Source of the DNA: an uncultured Alphaproteobacteria bacterium | Lineage (GTDB): Bacteria > Pseudomonadota > Alphaproteobacteria > Methylaequorales > Methylaequoraceae | Reading direction: 5' to 3' | NCBI GenBank assembly: GCA_964484795.1 | Contig: CAZAFN010000002.1 | Location: forward strand, 8,352 to 72,351 | Length of the DNA stretch: 64,000 nt | Shown here: positions 20,505-31,977 of the stretch, piece by piece | Position numbering within the stretch: position 1 is the first letter of the stretch | Layout of the letters: each line of letters begins with the position of its first letter | Notes under the pieces: model-generated | Told to the model about the DNA's origin: nothing | What the model saw: only the letters and a program-made list of their open reading frames with translations | The model's database searches: none | Translations under genes and position numbers: made by a program

Positions 20505-20907
20505 TTAATAAATTCATTAAATTAATACAGACATTCGCAGCATTTGCTCCAAGATTTTTTTTTTCAAGTTCGGACCTTTCCACTGCCTGAGAGTAATTTT
20601 TAACTGTCAGCACCGCTGAGCTAAGAGGAATTTTATTTTCATAAGCTATTTTGTAAATTTGCTTCAAAGCAATATCTCTAACCATATAATAATGATCTGT
20701 TTCTCCTTTAATCACGCAGCCAAGTATTATGAAACCTTTGAAGTTTTTTTTGTGCTTTTCTAAAACAAATGGAATTTCTAAAGTTCCATCAACAGAAATC
20801 TTTTTATAAAAAAATTTTTTTTCCTGTAAAATTAATTCTGCTCCTTCAAGAAGGTTTTCAGAAATTTCTGGGTAAAAGTTTGAGTAAATTATTAAGACTT
20901 TTTTCAT
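20497..20907 (-). CDS. ribH: 6,7-dimethyl-8-ribityllumazine synthase
   Basis: About 136 aa lumazine synthase pattern (…GCVIKGETDHY…). Confidence 0.85.
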   Translation of the reverse strand: MKKVLIIYSNFYPEISENLLEGAELILQEKKFFYKKISVDGTLEIPFVLEKHKKNFKGFIILGCVIKGETDHYYMVRDIALKQIYKIAYENKIPLSSAVLTVKNYSQAVERSELEKKNLGANAANVCINLMNLLNE

Positions 20908-21986
20908 ATGAATTTTTTTGTTCCTTTGATTTTCAAACCAAAACCATCAATTCCTACAATATTTTTTGTTGATCGCGTTAGTAAAGTTATTTTTCTAACT
21001 CCCAAATCAATCAATATTTGCGCTCCAATTCCATATTCTTTAAGTATAATGTTCTTTGAATTCGTTTTTTTTTTCTCTTTTTTTTTTAATTCTTTTTTTG
21101 GGTTTCTTATTACCACTACGATTCCATTATCTAATCTAGAAATGATTTCTATAGCCTTTTCAAGATCTTTGTTTTTTGGATCCAGTAAGTCTGAAAAAAA
21201 ATTCAAACTATGCATCCTAACAACAATTTCCTTATTTTTTAATATCTCACCTCTTACTAAGGCTAGATGCTCCGTATTATCTATTAAATTTTTGTAAATA
21301 TACATTTTGAACTTTTTTGATTTTCCTAATAATATTTCATCAATCTTGATACACTTTACAAACTTTTCCTTTTTAAGCTTGTATTCTATTAAATCCTTTA
21401 TTGATGACATTTTTAATCTATGTTTTTTACAAAATTTAACCAAATCATCATACCTTGCCATCGTCCCATCATCATTCATAATTTCACAAATCACACCATG
21501 CGGAAAATTATTTCCTAATGATAATCTTGATAAATCAACAGCAGCTTCTGTATGACCCGCCCTAACTAGAACGCCTCCCTCACTTGCTAAAAGAGGAAAA
21601 ATATGTCCTGGACTTACTAAATCAGAGGGTTTTGATTTTGAAGAAACTGCAACTTTAATGGTATGAGCTCTATCTTTTGCACTAATACCAGTGGTCACAC
21701 CTTTCTTTGCTTCAATAGAAACTGTGAAAGCAGTTCTATGACGGCTTTGATTGATTTCAGTCATTAATTTCAAATTTAATTTGTCAAATCTCTTTTTATC
21801 CAGAGCAAGACAAATCAAACCTCTTGCAAATTTTGCCATAAAGTTAATCTTCTCAGATGAAACACAAGAAGCGCAGAACATAAGGTCTCCTTCATTCTCC
21901 CTGTTTTCATCATCAACAATTACAACCATCTTTCCTTTTGAAAGATCTTTAATAATTTCTGTAATTGGAGATAAATTAGTCTTCAT
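20904..21986 (-). CDS. ribBA: 3,4-dihydroxy-2-butanone-4-phosphate synthase / GTP cyclohydrolase II-like (RibBA)
   Basis: DHBP synthase motifs (VVIVDDENRENEGDL, ARAGHTEA); the C-terminal GCH-II-like half looks divergent. Confidence 0.8.
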   Translation of the reverse strand: MKTNLSPITEIIKDLSKGKMVVIVDDENRENEGDLMFCASCVSSEKINFMAKFARGLICLALDKKRFDKLNLKLMTEINQSRHRTAFTVSIEAKKGVTTGISAKDRAHTIKVAVSSKSKPSDLVSPGHIFPLLASEGGVLVRAGHTEAAVDLSRLSLGNNFPHGVICEIMNDDGTMARYDDLVKFCKKHRLKMSSIKDLIEYKLKKEKFVKCIKIDEILLGKSKKFKMYIYKNLIDNTEHLALVRGEILKNKEIVVRMHSLNFFSDLLDPKNKDLEKAIEIISRLDNGIVVVIRNPKKELKKKEKKKTNSKNIILKEYGIGAQILIDLGVRKITLLTRSTKNIVGIDGFGLKIKGTKKFI

Positions 21987-22560
21987 ATTTTCCTAAAGCC
22001 CTAAAAACATACCTTGCCATTGCATCTATCTCAGTGTTTAGAAGGTTTCCTTCTTTAATTTTTTTGATTGTTGTCATTTGCCAAGTATAAGGAATTATAC
22101 TAACAAGAAATTTTTCTTTTATAACATCATTTATAGTTAAAGATACCCCATCCAAAGTGATGGAACCTTTCTTCATCAAAAACTTTGTAATCTCTTTTTC
22201 AGTTTTAAATGTTATCACCTTTGAATCACCAACATCACTGATTTTTTTCACAACTGAAACACCATCTATGTGGCCAAAGACCATATGACCGCTAATATCG
22301 TCCCCATATTTTAATGATCTTTCAAGATTTATCTCATCACCAACCTTCTTAATTGCTAAATTTGTTTTACCTATTGTTTCATTTGACAAATTACAAAAGA
22401 AAGTTTTTTTTTCTTTTTTTGCAACTGTTAAACAAATACCAGAACAACAAATTGATTCACCTAATCTAATCTCTTTAAAATCTGATTTTATTCCTAGAAT
22501 CTTGTTTTTTTTATCAAAACATTCAATGCTACCAATCTCTTGTATTATTCCAGAAAACAT
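21976..22560 (-). CDS. ribE: riboflavin synthase alpha chain
   Basis: MFSGIIQEIG… lumazine-binding repeats. Confidence 0.85.
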   Translation of the reverse strand: MFSGIIQEIGSIECFDKKNKILGIKSDFKEIRLGESICCSGICLTVAKKEKKTFFCNLSNETIGKTNLAIKKVGDEINLERSLKYGDDISGHMVFGHIDGVSVVKKISDVGDSKVITFKTEKEITKFLMKKGSITLDGVSLTINDVIKEKFLVSIIPYTWQMTTIKKIKEGNLLNTEIDAMARYVFRALGKYED

Positions 22561-23690
22561 TAACTACCAAAAAAAAAATTTTTATTATTAGATTTTTCAA
22601 GAATCTCAAGTTTGTTATCACCAAATTCTATGATTTTTTTAGTTTTAAATTTGAACTTTGAAAAATTACAAACACCGTTAGAATCAATTGCACTCTGACC
22701 TTTAGACCCTATAAAAAAATTACCTCTAAAAATATAAATTTCATCACACAAATTAGATTCAAGAAATGAACTAAAAATTTTTGCCCCACCTTCAACCAAC
22801 AAATTACATATTCCTAAATCTCCAAGTTTTCTAAGTATTTCATCTAGATTAAATTTTTTTTTATTCATACTTATAATCTCAACTTTCTTATCCAAATAGG
22901 GTTTTTTTTTAGTTTTTTTATCTTGTTGAGTAAAAACCAATGTTCTTATATTTTTACAGTTTTTAAAAATTTTATGGTGCATATTGAGATCTAAATTTCT
23001 ATTTAATACTATTCTTATAGGTGAAAATTTTTTTAACCCAAGCATTCTACAATTTAATACACAATCATCAATTTTAACTGTATTTGAACCCACTAAAATT
23101 CCATCGACTTCCGATCTTAAAATATGCAAATAATCTTGACACATTTTGTTGGTAATCTTACTTCTCGCACTTGGTTGAAAAGATATTTTTCCATCCAATG
23201 AAGTTGCTAATTTTAAAATTACCTTTGGTCTTTTTTTTATTCTATTAAAAAAATATCCTTCATACAATTTGTATGTTTCATCCTTCATTATTCCATTAAC
23301 CACTCTAATTCCATTTTCTTTTAATTTTTTTTCACCTCCTCCATTCACCCTATGATCAGGATCAAAAATAGAAAAAACTACACGATCAATTTTTGTTTTA
23401 AGAATTCTTGAAACACAAGATTCCGATCTTCCAATATGACAACATGGTTCAAGTGTCGAATACAAAATATATTTTTTGTTTTTTTTAAAATTAACATTTT
23501 GTATTGCTTCTGCCTCCGCGTGAGGTCTACCTGTCTTTGCAGTGAAACCAAAACTTACAATTTTGTGATCCTTTAAAGTCTTATTTGCTTCAACTAAAAC
23601 GCAAACAACTGGTGGGTTTGGAAAAGTTCTTCCTATAATCTGCTTTAATATGAAAATTGCTATTTTTATATACTTTTTGTCAAACTCCAC
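22560..23690 (-). CDS. ribD: riboflavin biosynthesis deaminase/reductase RibD
   Basis: Zinc deaminase motifs (HAEAEAI; PCCHIGRS) plus a C-terminal reductase domain. Confidence 0.85.
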   Translation of the reverse strand: MEFDKKYIKIAIFILKQIIGRTFPNPPVVCVLVEANKTLKDHKIVSFGFTAKTGRPHAEAEAIQNVNFKKNKKYILYSTLEPCCHIGRSESCVSRILKTKIDRVVFSIFDPDHRVNGGGEKKLKENGIRVVNGIMKDETYKLYEGYFFNRIKKRPKVILKLATSLDGKISFQPSARSKITNKMCQDYLHILRSEVDGILVGSNTVKIDDCVLNCRMLGLKKFSPIRIVLNRNLDLNMHHKIFKNCKNIRTLVFTQQDKKTKKKPYLDKKVEIISMNKKKFNLDEILRKLGDLGICNLLVEGGAKIFSSFLESNLCDEIYIFRGNFFIGSKGQSAIDSNGVCNFSKFKFKTKKIIEFGDNKLEILEKSNNKNFFFGS

Positions 23691-23694
23691 TTAC

Positions 23695-24156
23695 TCATTC
23701 ATTTTTTAAATTTAAATTTTTATCTATAAATTTTCTAAAATCATCCGTTTCTTGAAAATCTTTGTAAACCGATGCAAACCTCAAATAAGCAACTCTATCC
23801 AACTCTTTTAGTGCATCCATAACTAATTCTCCAATTACCTTGGTTGGAATTTCAGTCTCTCCAGAACTCTCCAATCTTCTTTGAATACTATTTGTTATTA
23901 ATTCAATTTGGTCAGGATCAACAGGCCTTTTTCTACAAGATATATTTATTGATCCTAATAATTTTTCTCTATCAAAAACAGTTCTCGAATCATCTTTCTT
24001 AATAACCATTAACTCTCTTAACTGAACTCTTTCAAAAGTTGTAAACCTTGCACCACACGCTGGACAAAGCCTTCTCCTTCTTATCGCACTGTTATCTTCA
24101 GTGGGTCTAGAATCTTTAACTTGAGTTTCTTCATGTCCACAAAAGGGGCAACGCAT
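23695..24156 (-). CDS. nrdR: transcriptional repressor NrdR
   Basis: [18 protein letters not shown] zinc ribbon plus ATP-cone. Confidence 0.9.
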   Translation of the reverse strand: MRCPFCGHEETQVKDSRPTEDNSAIRRRRLCPACGARFTTFERVQLRELMVIKKDDSRTVFDREKLLGSINISCRKRPVDPDQIELITNSIQRRLESSGETEIPTKVIGELVMDALKELDRVAYLRFASVYKDFQETDDFRKFIDKNLNLKNE

Positions 24157-24170
24157 AATTAGACCTTAAT

Positions 24171-25454
24171 TTATATTGCCGAGCCATAAATAGGAAATTT
24201 CTCGCACAATGATTTAACTTTAGACTTAACCTCTTGTTCGACCACACTATTATTCTCTGGATTATTAGAAAGACCATCCAAAACATCTCCAATCAAATTA
24301 CCTATCAATCTAAATTCATCAACACCGAAACCTCTACTCGTACCTGCAGGTGAACCAAGCCTAATGCCAGATGTAACAAACGGACTTTCTGGATCAAATG
24401 GAACACCGTTTTTATTGCAAGTTATTCCTGCATTCTCCAATGATTTTTCTGCTGCTTTACCTGTCAATTTTTTTGGTCTTAAATCTACTAAAACAAGGTG
24501 CGTATCTGTTCCACCAGAAACAACATCAAGCCCTCTTTCCAGTACAACTTCAGCAAGTGTTCTTGAATTATCAACCACAGATTTAATATAATCTTTGAAT
24601 TCTGGTTTAAGTGCTTCACCGAAAGCAACGGCTTTAGCACAAATGACGTGCATAAGCGGACCACCTTGAAGACCAGGAAAAACAGCGGAGTTTATCTTCT
24701 TAGCATAATCAGAATTATTTGTTAGAACTATCCCTCCCCTAGGCCCTCTAAGGGTTTTATGAGTAGTAGAAGTTACAACATCAGCAAAATCTAATGGGTT
24801 AGGATGATGGCCAGTAGCCACAAGACCTGCAAAATGAGCCATATCAACCAACAAAATTGCATCAGCTTTTTCAGCAATCTCTTTGAATCTCTTAAAATCA
24901 ATAACTCGTGGGTAGGCAGATCCACCAGCTATAATTAATTTAGGCTTATGTTCAATTGCAAGTTTTTCAACCTCATCATAATCAATTAATGCATCATCCT
25001 TCTTAACACCGTATTGAATTGCATTAAACCATTTTCCAGACTCATTTGGAGGTGCACCATGAGTTAAATGGCCTCCTGCTGCAAGAGACATTCCCATTAT
25101 TGTGTCTCCTGGCTTCAATAAAGCCAAGAAAACTGCCTGATTAGCTTGTGAACCAGAATGGACCTGTACATTTGCAAAATCAGCTTTAAAAAGTTTTTTT
25201 AATCTATCAATACATAAGTCTTCCACCACATCAACATGCTCGCATCCACCATAATACCTTTTACCGGAATAACCTTCAGCATATTTGTTTGTTAAGATTG
25301 TTCCTTGAGCCTCTAGAACTGCCTTTGATACAATGTTTTCAGATGCTATTAATTCTATCTGATCATTCTGCCTATTAAATTCATTTTCAATTGCATCTAA
25401 AATTGCTGGATCCGTTTGGGTTAAACTACTTTTAAAAAAAATCTGTGATGTCAT
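24171..25454 (-). CDS. glyA: serine hydroxymethyltransferase
   Basis: Full-length SHMT with PLP-Lys region ([12 protein letters not shown]). Confidence 0.95.
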   Translation of the reverse strand: MTSQIFFKSSLTQTDPAILDAIENEFNRQNDQIELIASENIVSKAVLEAQGTILTNKYAEGYSGKRYYGGCEHVDVVEDLCIDRLKKLFKADFANVQVHSGSQANQAVFLALLKPGDTIMGMSLAAGGHLTHGAPPNESGKWFNAIQYGVKKDDALIDYDEVEKLAIEHKPKLIIAGGSAYPRVIDFKRFKEIAEKADAILLVDMAHFAGLVATGHHPNPLDFADVVTSTTHKTLRGPRGGIVLTNNSDYAKKINSAVFPGLQGGPLMHVICAKAVAFGEALKPEFKDYIKSVVDNSRTLAEVVLERGLDVVSGGTDTHLVLVDLRPKKLTGKAAEKSLENAGITCNKNGVPFDPESPFVTSGIRLGSPAGTSRGFGVDEFRLIGNLIGDVLDGLSNNPENNSVVEQEVKSKVKSLCEKFPIYGSAI

Positions 25455-25471
25455 ATTAACTCCCTAACTAA

Positions 25472-25906
25472 TTACATTTCTACATTATTAAATTTGTCAA
25501 GTCTAGCTTGGTGACGCCCACCATGATATTTTGTGACTAAAAACATATTAAAACATTTAATAGCATCTTGAAGAGAAATCAACCTTGAACCTAAAACTAA
25601 AACATTTGCATTATTATGCTCTCTTGCCAACTTAGCCATAACATCATCAACACATAAAGCAGCCCTTATATTTTTGTATCTATTAGCCACCATTGACATT
25701 CCAATTCCACTACCACAAATTAAAACACCAAAAATACATTCATCTTTTATAATTTTTTTTGATAATTTATGTGCAAACTCTGGATAATCAACTGAATCAG
25801 TACTATCAGTTCCAAGATCAAGAAAGTCACAATCCTTGAAGTGAATAATTAGATTTTTTTTTAATTCAAATCCAGCATGATCACAAGCTATGCATATTTT
25901 CTTCAT
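25472..25906 (-). CDS. rpiB: ribose-5-phosphate isomerase B
   Basis: RpiB/LacAB fold (IACDHAGFELK…ICGSGIGMS). Confidence 0.8.
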   Translation of the reverse strand: MKKICIACDHAGFELKKNLIIHFKDCDFLDLGTDSTDSVDYPEFAHKLSKKIIKDECIFGVLICGSGIGMSMVANRYKNIRAALCVDDVMAKLAREHNNANVLVLGSRLISLQDAIKCFNMFLVTKYHGGRHQARLDKFNNVEM

Positions 25907-25912
25907 AACAAA

Positions 25913-27328
25913 TTAATTTTCCAATTCTTCTATATCTTTACGTAAGTTTGATGACAAAAAATAAAGGCCAATTATGTTGGGTATTGACATAGCAAAAATC
26001 ATTGAGTCAGAAAAATTTATTACACTCCCAAGTTCCATTGAAGTACCAATAATTGTAAACATTAAAAAAATTATTTTAAATGAATGTTTACTAAAAGAAC
26101 CCATACCAAATATGTAAGTCCAACATCTCAAACCATAGTAAGACCAGGTAATCAAAGTAGAGATGGCAAAAAGAGTAATTGCTATGGCTAGAACTATTGG
26201 AAACCAACTAAAAACTGATTCAAAAGCTCTTGATGTTAATTCAACACCCTGCATTATATTATTATCTTCGTACACTCCTGTAATAATTATGACCAATGCT
26301 GTCATCGAACAAACAATAATTGTATCTACAAAAGGAGAAAGCAATGACATAAAACCTGTATTCAGGTGATTATCACTCTTAGCAGGTGCATAAGCAATTG
26401 GAGCAGACCCAATTCCAGATTCATTTGAAAAAACAGCCCTCTTAACTCCAGCAATCATTGCCCCAAGCACTCCCCCGGTTGTTGCATCTGCACTAAATGC
26501 GCTAGAAAAAATTTTGATCAAGGTTTCAGGAATCAAATTATAATTTGACAAAATAATAACCAAACAAGACACTACGTATACCAAAGCCATAAACGGCACA
26601 AGCTTTTCAGTAACTTTCCCAATAGATTTTATACCACCTATGATTATAAAGCCTACAATTGTAGCAAAGGCTATCCCTCCCAACCAACCTTTCTGGTAAA
26701 GTGGGCTTTGAGTTCCTCCTGTAGCTTCAACAATTTGCTGAAAAGCCTGATTAGCTTGAAACATATTTCCTCCACCAAAAGAACCACCAATACAACATAT
26801 TGCAAAAAAAAGTGCTAAAAACTTTCCCAACATAGGTAAACCAGTTTCACTTAACCCTGAAGAAAGGTATCTTATTGCTCCTCCAGAAACCGTCCCATCT
26901 GAATGAATTACTCGATATTTATGACCTAAGCTAACCTCCACAAATTTTAGAGTCATACCAAAAAAAGCAGTTAAAATCATCCACAACATTGCACCTGGCC
27001 CACCAATAGAAATTGCAACTGCAACACCAGCTATATTCCCCAATCCAATTGTTCCTGACATTGCAGCAGTAAAAGATTGAAAATGAGTGATTTCCCCAGG
27101 ATGATTTGGGTGATCATATCTTCCCATTGCAACTTTGATTGCTCTTGAAAAATACCTTACATTTACAAATCTGAAATAAAATGTAAAAAAGAAACTTGCA
27201 AATAAAAGCCAAATGACAATTAAGGGTATCTCTGTTTCTAAAAAAGAAAAACTACTGAAAACAAAACTTGTTACTGCATTGGAGATAGGTTCTAAATATG
27301 AATTTATATGATTGTCAATGGTGTTCAT
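25913..27328 (-). CDS. alanine/glycine:cation symporter (AGCS family)
   Basis: About 11 TM segments; AGCS-like conserved segments. Confidence 0.75.
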   Translation of the reverse strand: MNTIDNHINSYLEPISNAVTSFVFSSFSFLETEIPLIVIWLLFASFFFTFYFRFVNVRYFSRAIKVAMGRYDHPNHPGEITHFQSFTAAMSGTIGLGNIAGVAVAISIGGPGAMLWMILTAFFGMTLKFVEVSLGHKYRVIHSDGTVSGGAIRYLSSGLSETGLPMLGKFLALFFAICCIGGSFGGGNMFQANQAFQQIVEATGGTQSPLYQKGWLGGIAFATIVGFIIIGGIKSIGKVTEKLVPFMALVYVVSCLVIILSNYNLIPETLIKIFSSAFSADATTGGVLGAMIAGVKRAVFSNESGIGSAPIAYAPAKSDNHLNTGFMSLLSPFVDTIIVCSMTALVIIITGVYEDNNIMQGVELTSRAFESVFSWFPIVLAIAITLFAISTLITWSYYGLRCWTYIFGMGSFSKHSFKIIFLMFTIIGTSMELGSVINFSDSMIFAMSIPNIIGLYFLSSNLRKDIEELEN

Positions 27329-27390
27329 TTTTAATGACTCTTAATTAGAAAATAACATAATAAAAAATATTTGAAAAACTGTAATCTTTT

Positions 27391-28689
27391 TTACCTCAAT
27401 ATCTTAATTATTTTTTCATAACAATCATACAAACAATCTTCTTCAATACAATAAGGTGGCATTAAGTAAATCGTATTACCTATAGGTCTAATTAGAAGTC
27501 CATTTTCAAGGAATTTTTTTTTTAATTTTTCTCCATCATCAGAACCATAAGCTTTATCAAATTTATTTAAATCAAAAGCTGCTATGCTACCTAAACATCT
27601 GATTTTAGACACATTCAATTTTTTAGATAATTCAAGCAGACATTCTTTGTGAATCTCAGATATCTTCTTAATTTTGGAAATTGTTTTTTCTTTATCAAAC
27701 AAATTTATTGATGCAATTGCTGCTGAACACCCAACTGGGTTTGCAGTATATGAATGACCATGTAAAAAAGCTTTTTTAATATCATCATCACAAAAAGCCT
27801 GATGAATCTTCTGACTAAAAATTGTTGCAGCAAGAGGAATGTATCCTCCAGTTAAAGATTTTGCAAGACACATAATATCTGGTTTGACATCTAAATAATC
27901 AGTAGCAAACATTTTACCGGTTCGCCCAAAACCAGTCATAACTTCATCAAATATTACTAAAATACCAGCATTCTGAAATTTTTTAACTAATTCGTTAACA
28001 AAACATTTTCTAGACATCTTCATTCCACTTGCGCCCTGAACTAGTGGTTCAATTATGATGGCTGCAATGTCATCATTATTTTCTGTTAAAATTTTATCTG
28101 CCTGCTCAAATGAATAAGATTCATTCTCCTCTATTTCATTATTTCCATTCCAGAATTCTGGGTAAGGAATAAATCTTGATTCCAACAAAAAATCCTTGAA
28201 AGGTTCATAATATCCTGAAGAAAAACCCACGGACATAGACCCAAAGGTGTCTCCATGATATCCACCTTTAAGTGCAACAAATTTTTTTTTCTTTTCTCCA
28301 AGATTATACCAGTACTGGATAGCAACTTTCATAGCTATTTCAACTGCTGTTGATCCATTATCGGAATAAAAAACCTTTGAGAGATTATTGGGAAGAATAT
28401 TTAATAATTCATTAGCCAAAGTAACAGCTGGATTATGTGTTAATCCAGAAAACAAAACCTGTTCAAGTTTATTTGCCTGAAAATTAATACTTTCAACTAT
28501 TTCTTTTTTACAATGACCGTGCGTATTTACCCACCATGAAGAAATTAAATCCACGTAATCATTTCCATCAATATCAGTTAATTTTTCATTTTTTGCCGTT
28601 TCAATTACAATGGGGTCAATAAAATTTTTGGACTGGCTAAATGGATGCCAAAGATTGTTTTTGTCTAATTTTTGTATCCTTTTCTTCAT
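27391..28689 (-). CDS. bioA: adenosylmethionine-8-amino-7-oxononanoate aminotransferase
   Basis: Class-III aminotransferase with PLP-Lys (DIMCLAKSLTGG); bio operon context. Confidence 0.85.
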   Translation of the reverse strand: MKKRIQKLDKNNLWHPFSQSKNFIDPIVIETAKNEKLTDIDGNDYVDLISSWWVNTHGHCKKEIVESINFQANKLEQVLFSGLTHNPAVTLANELLNILPNNLSKVFYSDNGSTAVEIAMKVAIQYWYNLGEKKKKFVALKGGYHGDTFGSMSVGFSSGYYEPFKDFLLESRFIPYPEFWNGNNEIEENESYSFEQADKILTENNDDIAAIIIEPLVQGASGMKMSRKCFVNELVKKFQNAGILVIFDEVMTGFGRTGKMFATDYLDVKPDIMCLAKSLTGGYIPLAATIFSQKIHQAFCDDDIKKAFLHGHSYTANPVGCSAAIASINLFDKEKTISKIKKISEIHKECLLELSKKLNVSKIRCLGSIAAFDLNKFDKAYGSDDGEKLKKKFLENGLLIRPIGNTIYLMPPYCIEEDCLYDCYEKIIKILR

Positions 28690-28695
28690 ACACAG

Positions 28696-29337
28696 TTAAA
28701 TATTTGTAAACAAATTTTTTAAAGTAGAGATTTGAAGTTTATCAATTCTCTTTAAATAGGGAATTACTGCCATTACATTAATTTCTTTTCCGTAAATAAT
28801 TTTTCCAAAATTTTTGATTGTTTGAATGGTATCTGACTCTTTTTTTCCAATGAAAACTATACCAAACAATTTAATTTTTTTTTTTTTTAAAATCTCTAAT
28901 GACATTAAGGTGTGATTAATAGTTCCTAACTTTGTTCTACAAACCAAAATCAGCGGTAGATTAAAAAATTTAATTAAATCACTCATTAGAAAATTTTTGT
29001 TTATTGGAACTTGCAACCCTCCCGCTCCTTCAACCACAACTTTCTTAGAAAATTTTTTTTTTTTAATATTGTCAAAGTCTTTTAAAAAAATTTGCTTTTT
29101 TTGTTTTTTAGCTGCAATATTTGGACTTAAAGGATGTTCTAAAAAAAAAGTCTCGTCCATTATAACCTTTTTCTCACAAAGTCTCTCAACAACTTCAGAA
29201 TCTTTTTCACCATAATCATTATAACCACACTGAATAGGCTTATAGTAAATTGCATCAAGCTTATTTACTAATATTGAAGCAACTATTGTTTTTCCAACAT
29301 TCGTGTCACTTCCTGATATGAAATATCCTTTAATCAC
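28696..29337 (-). CDS. bioD: dethiobiotin synthetase
   Basis: P-loop GSDTNVGKT; about 213 aa; lies between bioA and bioC. Confidence 0.75.
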   Translation of the reverse strand: MIKGYFISGSDTNVGKTIVASILVNKLDAIYYKPIQCGYNDYGEKDSEVVERLCEKKVIMDETFFLEHPLSPNIAAKKQKKQIFLKDFDNIKKKKFSKKVVVEGAGGLQVPINKNFLMSDLIKFFNLPLILVCRTKLGTINHTLMSLEILKKKKIKLFGIVFIGKKESDTIQTIKNFGKIIYGKEINVMAVIPYLKRIDKLQISTLKNLFTNI

Positions 29338-30102
29338 TTATTTTTTAATCTTCTTAATAAATAAACAACTAACATTAAAATTAATGTTCACTCTAGATTT
29401 ATTTTTTCTGAGATCAAACAATTTGTAATGTTTGTCTTTGATACAAGTATTTGCTCCAATTTTCTTTAAATCAAGAAAGAACTTTAGAGGTCCATTGTAG
29501 CTTTTATTTACAATTATTTCTTTATGTTTTAAAACGAATTTTTTTTTATCTAATAATTTTAAAAAAACCTTTGTATCTGGAAAGTTATTAGTCATTTTTT
29601 TTTTAGAATCATTATAATTTTTAAAATATTCAAAACTTGATGAATTAGGAAAGGAAAACAACAAAATAGTATTAACTAAAATTTTTTCAGAAACATTCTT
29701 TAGGAATCCATAAAAATCGTCAGACCAGTGCAATGACATATTAGAGAAAATAAAATTAAACTTCTGAAAATCATTAAATTCCTCAAAATCAATAATTTCA
29801 AATGAAATGTTTTTGCTAGTTATTTTTTTTTTTGCCCTCTCAATCATTTGACCGGATATGTCAATCAAATGTATTTTTTTCAATTTTATAGTTTCAGATA
29901 TTCTTTCAGAAAACTCTCCCGTACCACATCCTAAATCAAGACCAAAACAATTTTCTCTGAATTTAATTAATTCTTTGTTATCTTTTAGCATCAAATGTAA
30001 ATAGTTTGAGATATTCTTTTGTATATGTGAGTTTTCATCATAATTTTTTGCACTTTTATCAAAATTTGCCTTGATATTTTTTTTAACTGATCTCATTTTC
30101 AA
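29338..30102 (-). CDS. bioC: malonyl-ACP O-methyltransferase BioC-like SAM methyltransferase
   Basis: SAM motif LDLGCGTGEF; operon position. Confidence 0.6.
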   Translation of the reverse strand: MKMRSVKKNIKANFDKSAKNYDENSHIQKNISNYLHLMLKDNKELIKFRENCFGLDLGCGTGEFSERISETIKLKKIHLIDISGQMIERAKKKITSKNISFEIIDFEEFNDFQKFNFIFSNMSLHWSDDFYGFLKNVSEKILVNTILLFSFPNSSSFEYFKNYNDSKKKMTNNFPDTKVFLKLLDKKKFVLKHKEIIVNKSYNGPLKFFLDLKKIGANTCIKDKHYKLFDLRKNKSRVNINFNVSCLFIKKIKK

Positions 30103-30766
30103 TAATTTTTATGAAATTAGTAATAATTCTCAACGTTTTTTTAGGTTCTAGGAATGGAAAACCATGGCTATATGATGAAAAAAATTTAATCTGATGATTT
30201 TTACTTTTATTCTTTTCTAACAAATATTTTGAAGGTTCAAAAATTTTATCAGATAATGAATAAATAGAACATATCTTGCAAGACAAATTTCTGAATTTTT
30301 CTTCCAGATCGTCTTCATATAAATCTTCTAGAGCTTCAAGTGAACAAGAAAAATCTAATTTATCTTTTGTTTGTTTGTAAAAAGGCAATCCACAATTTTC
30401 ATAAAAATTAACTAGCACTTTTTCTGGTGATGTGGAAAATTTTTTTATCATTTTTCTTAACATTTTTTTTTTCATCAAAGACTTTCTTTGAAAAGAAATA
30501 AAATTAGGGGCTGAGAAAAAATTTACAAGAGCATAACATTCAATTTTTTTTTTTAAAAACCAATTCAAACCATATGAATGAACTATAAAAATGTCTTTTA
30601 AATGAGACTCTTTTTGTTTACGAAAGTTTTCAATTTTTGAAAAAAAACCTAAATCCACAAGTTTTGATGCATTAAAACATTTTTCATTCTTCAACAAATC
30701 ATTAACAGGAGACCAAAAATCACTATCAAAGCCCCAACCATGAATTAAATAAAAATTATACTTCAT
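30083..30766 (-). CDS. pimeloyl-ACP methyl ester esterase-like alpha/beta hydrolase (BioH-like)
   Basis: LIHGWGFD… start, nucleophile elbow HSYGL; operon position. Confidence 0.45.
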   Translation of the reverse strand: MKYNFYLIHGWGFDSDFWSPVNDLLKNEKCFNASKLVDLGFFSKIENFRKQKESHLKDIFIVHSYGLNWFLKKKIECYALVNFFSAPNFISFQRKSLMKKKMLRKMIKKFSTSPEKVLVNFYENCGLPFYKQTKDKLDFSCSLEALEDLYEDDLEEKFRNLSCKICSIYSLSDKIFEPSKYLLEKNKSKNHQIKFFSSYSHGFPFLEPKKTLRIITNFIKIIENEIS

Positions 30767-31935
30767 AAAATTTCAGATCTGGAAATTAACTCTATTAACT
30801 TTTCTAATACTTTTTTACTCATCGTAGACGTTAGAGACAATCTTATTCTCTCTGCACCAAGAGGAACAGTTGGTGATCTAATTACCTTCGTAAAAAAACC
30901 ATTGGCATTTAAATAATTTTTAAGACTTGTACACTTATCAATATCCCCAAGTATTAAGGGAACTATTTGAGAACTTGAATTTCCCGTATTAATTTTTATT
31001 TTCTTTAATTCATTGATAAGAAAATGCGAATTACTAAGGATTTTTTTCCTCATATTTGATAATTTAGGAATTATCTTTACTGCTCCATTAATCGACCCAA
31101 GTGTTGATGGCGGCAATACAGTTGAGTATATTAAACCTCCACAAGAGTTTGTTATCTTTTCTACAATCTCTCTGGAACTAGATACAAAAGCTCCGTAACT
31201 CCCAAAAGATTTGCTAAAAGTGCCTACAATCACTTCATTGTCATTTTTGTTTTTGTCTGAAGCTATGCCGAAACCAGTATCACCAAAAACTCCTAATGCA
31301 TGAGCTTCATCTAAATATAAAATAGTACTATATTTTTTGGACAAGAACCTTAAGTCTTTAATATTAACTAAATCTCCATCCATACTAAAAACTGTCTCTG
31401 AAATTATGATCTTTTGAACGTTTTTTTGGCTTTTTTTTAATAAATATTCTAAATGGTTTAAATCTAAATGAGAATATCTAAATGTTCTTTGTTTAGTCAG
31501 TTGACAACCATAATTTATGCTAGAATGATTAAATTTATCTGAAAAAATTAGAGTTTTTTTTCTTTGTCCAAGTGAATTTCCCGTCAATGCTGGAATCATA
31601 GTTGAGTTTAGAAGAAAACCACTACCCATTATGATGGTTTTATCATTGCGTGAAAACTTGCTTATCAACTGTTCTATAGTATCTATTTTGTCTAAATTTC
31701 CTGATATTAGTCTTGATGATGACAAACTTGTACCAAATTCTTCCAACCACTTCCTTGATTCCTTAATTAGAATTGGGTTTTTTGACAAACCTAAATAATC
31801 ATTACTAGAAAGATTTATAAGTTCATTTCCATTAAAAATAATTTTGTCACCATCTTTTGGGTTTGTTCTTCCTACAAAATTAACCTTTTCTAGTTTTCTT
31901 ATGATTTTTTTTTTATTTGTATTGAGCTTTATCAC
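30763..31935 (-). CDS. bioF: 8-amino-7-oxononanoate synthase
   Basis: Class-II aminotransferase/AONS pattern, PLP-Lys region (TFSKSFGSYGA). Confidence 0.8.
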   Translation of the reverse strand: MIKLNTNKKKIIRKLEKVNFVGRTNPKDGDKIIFNGNELINLSSNDYLGLSKNPILIKESRKWLEEFGTSLSSSRLISGNLDKIDTIEQLISKFSRNDKTIIMGSGFLLNSTMIPALTGNSLGQRKKTLIFSDKFNHSSINYGCQLTKQRTFRYSHLDLNHLEYLLKKSQKNVQKIIISETVFSMDGDLVNIKDLRFLSKKYSTILYLDEAHALGVFGDTGFGIASDKNKNDNEVIVGTFSKSFGSYGAFVSSSREIVEKITNSCGGLIYSTVLPPSTLGSINGAVKIIPKLSNMRKKILSNSHFLINELKKIKINTGNSSSQIVPLILGDIDKCTSLKNYLNANGFFTKVIRSPTVPLGAERIRLSLTSTMSKKVLEKLIELISRSEIL

Positions 31936-31977
31936 AGTTTATTATTGTTTATTTGCAACATTTTGGGGAGAATTTCA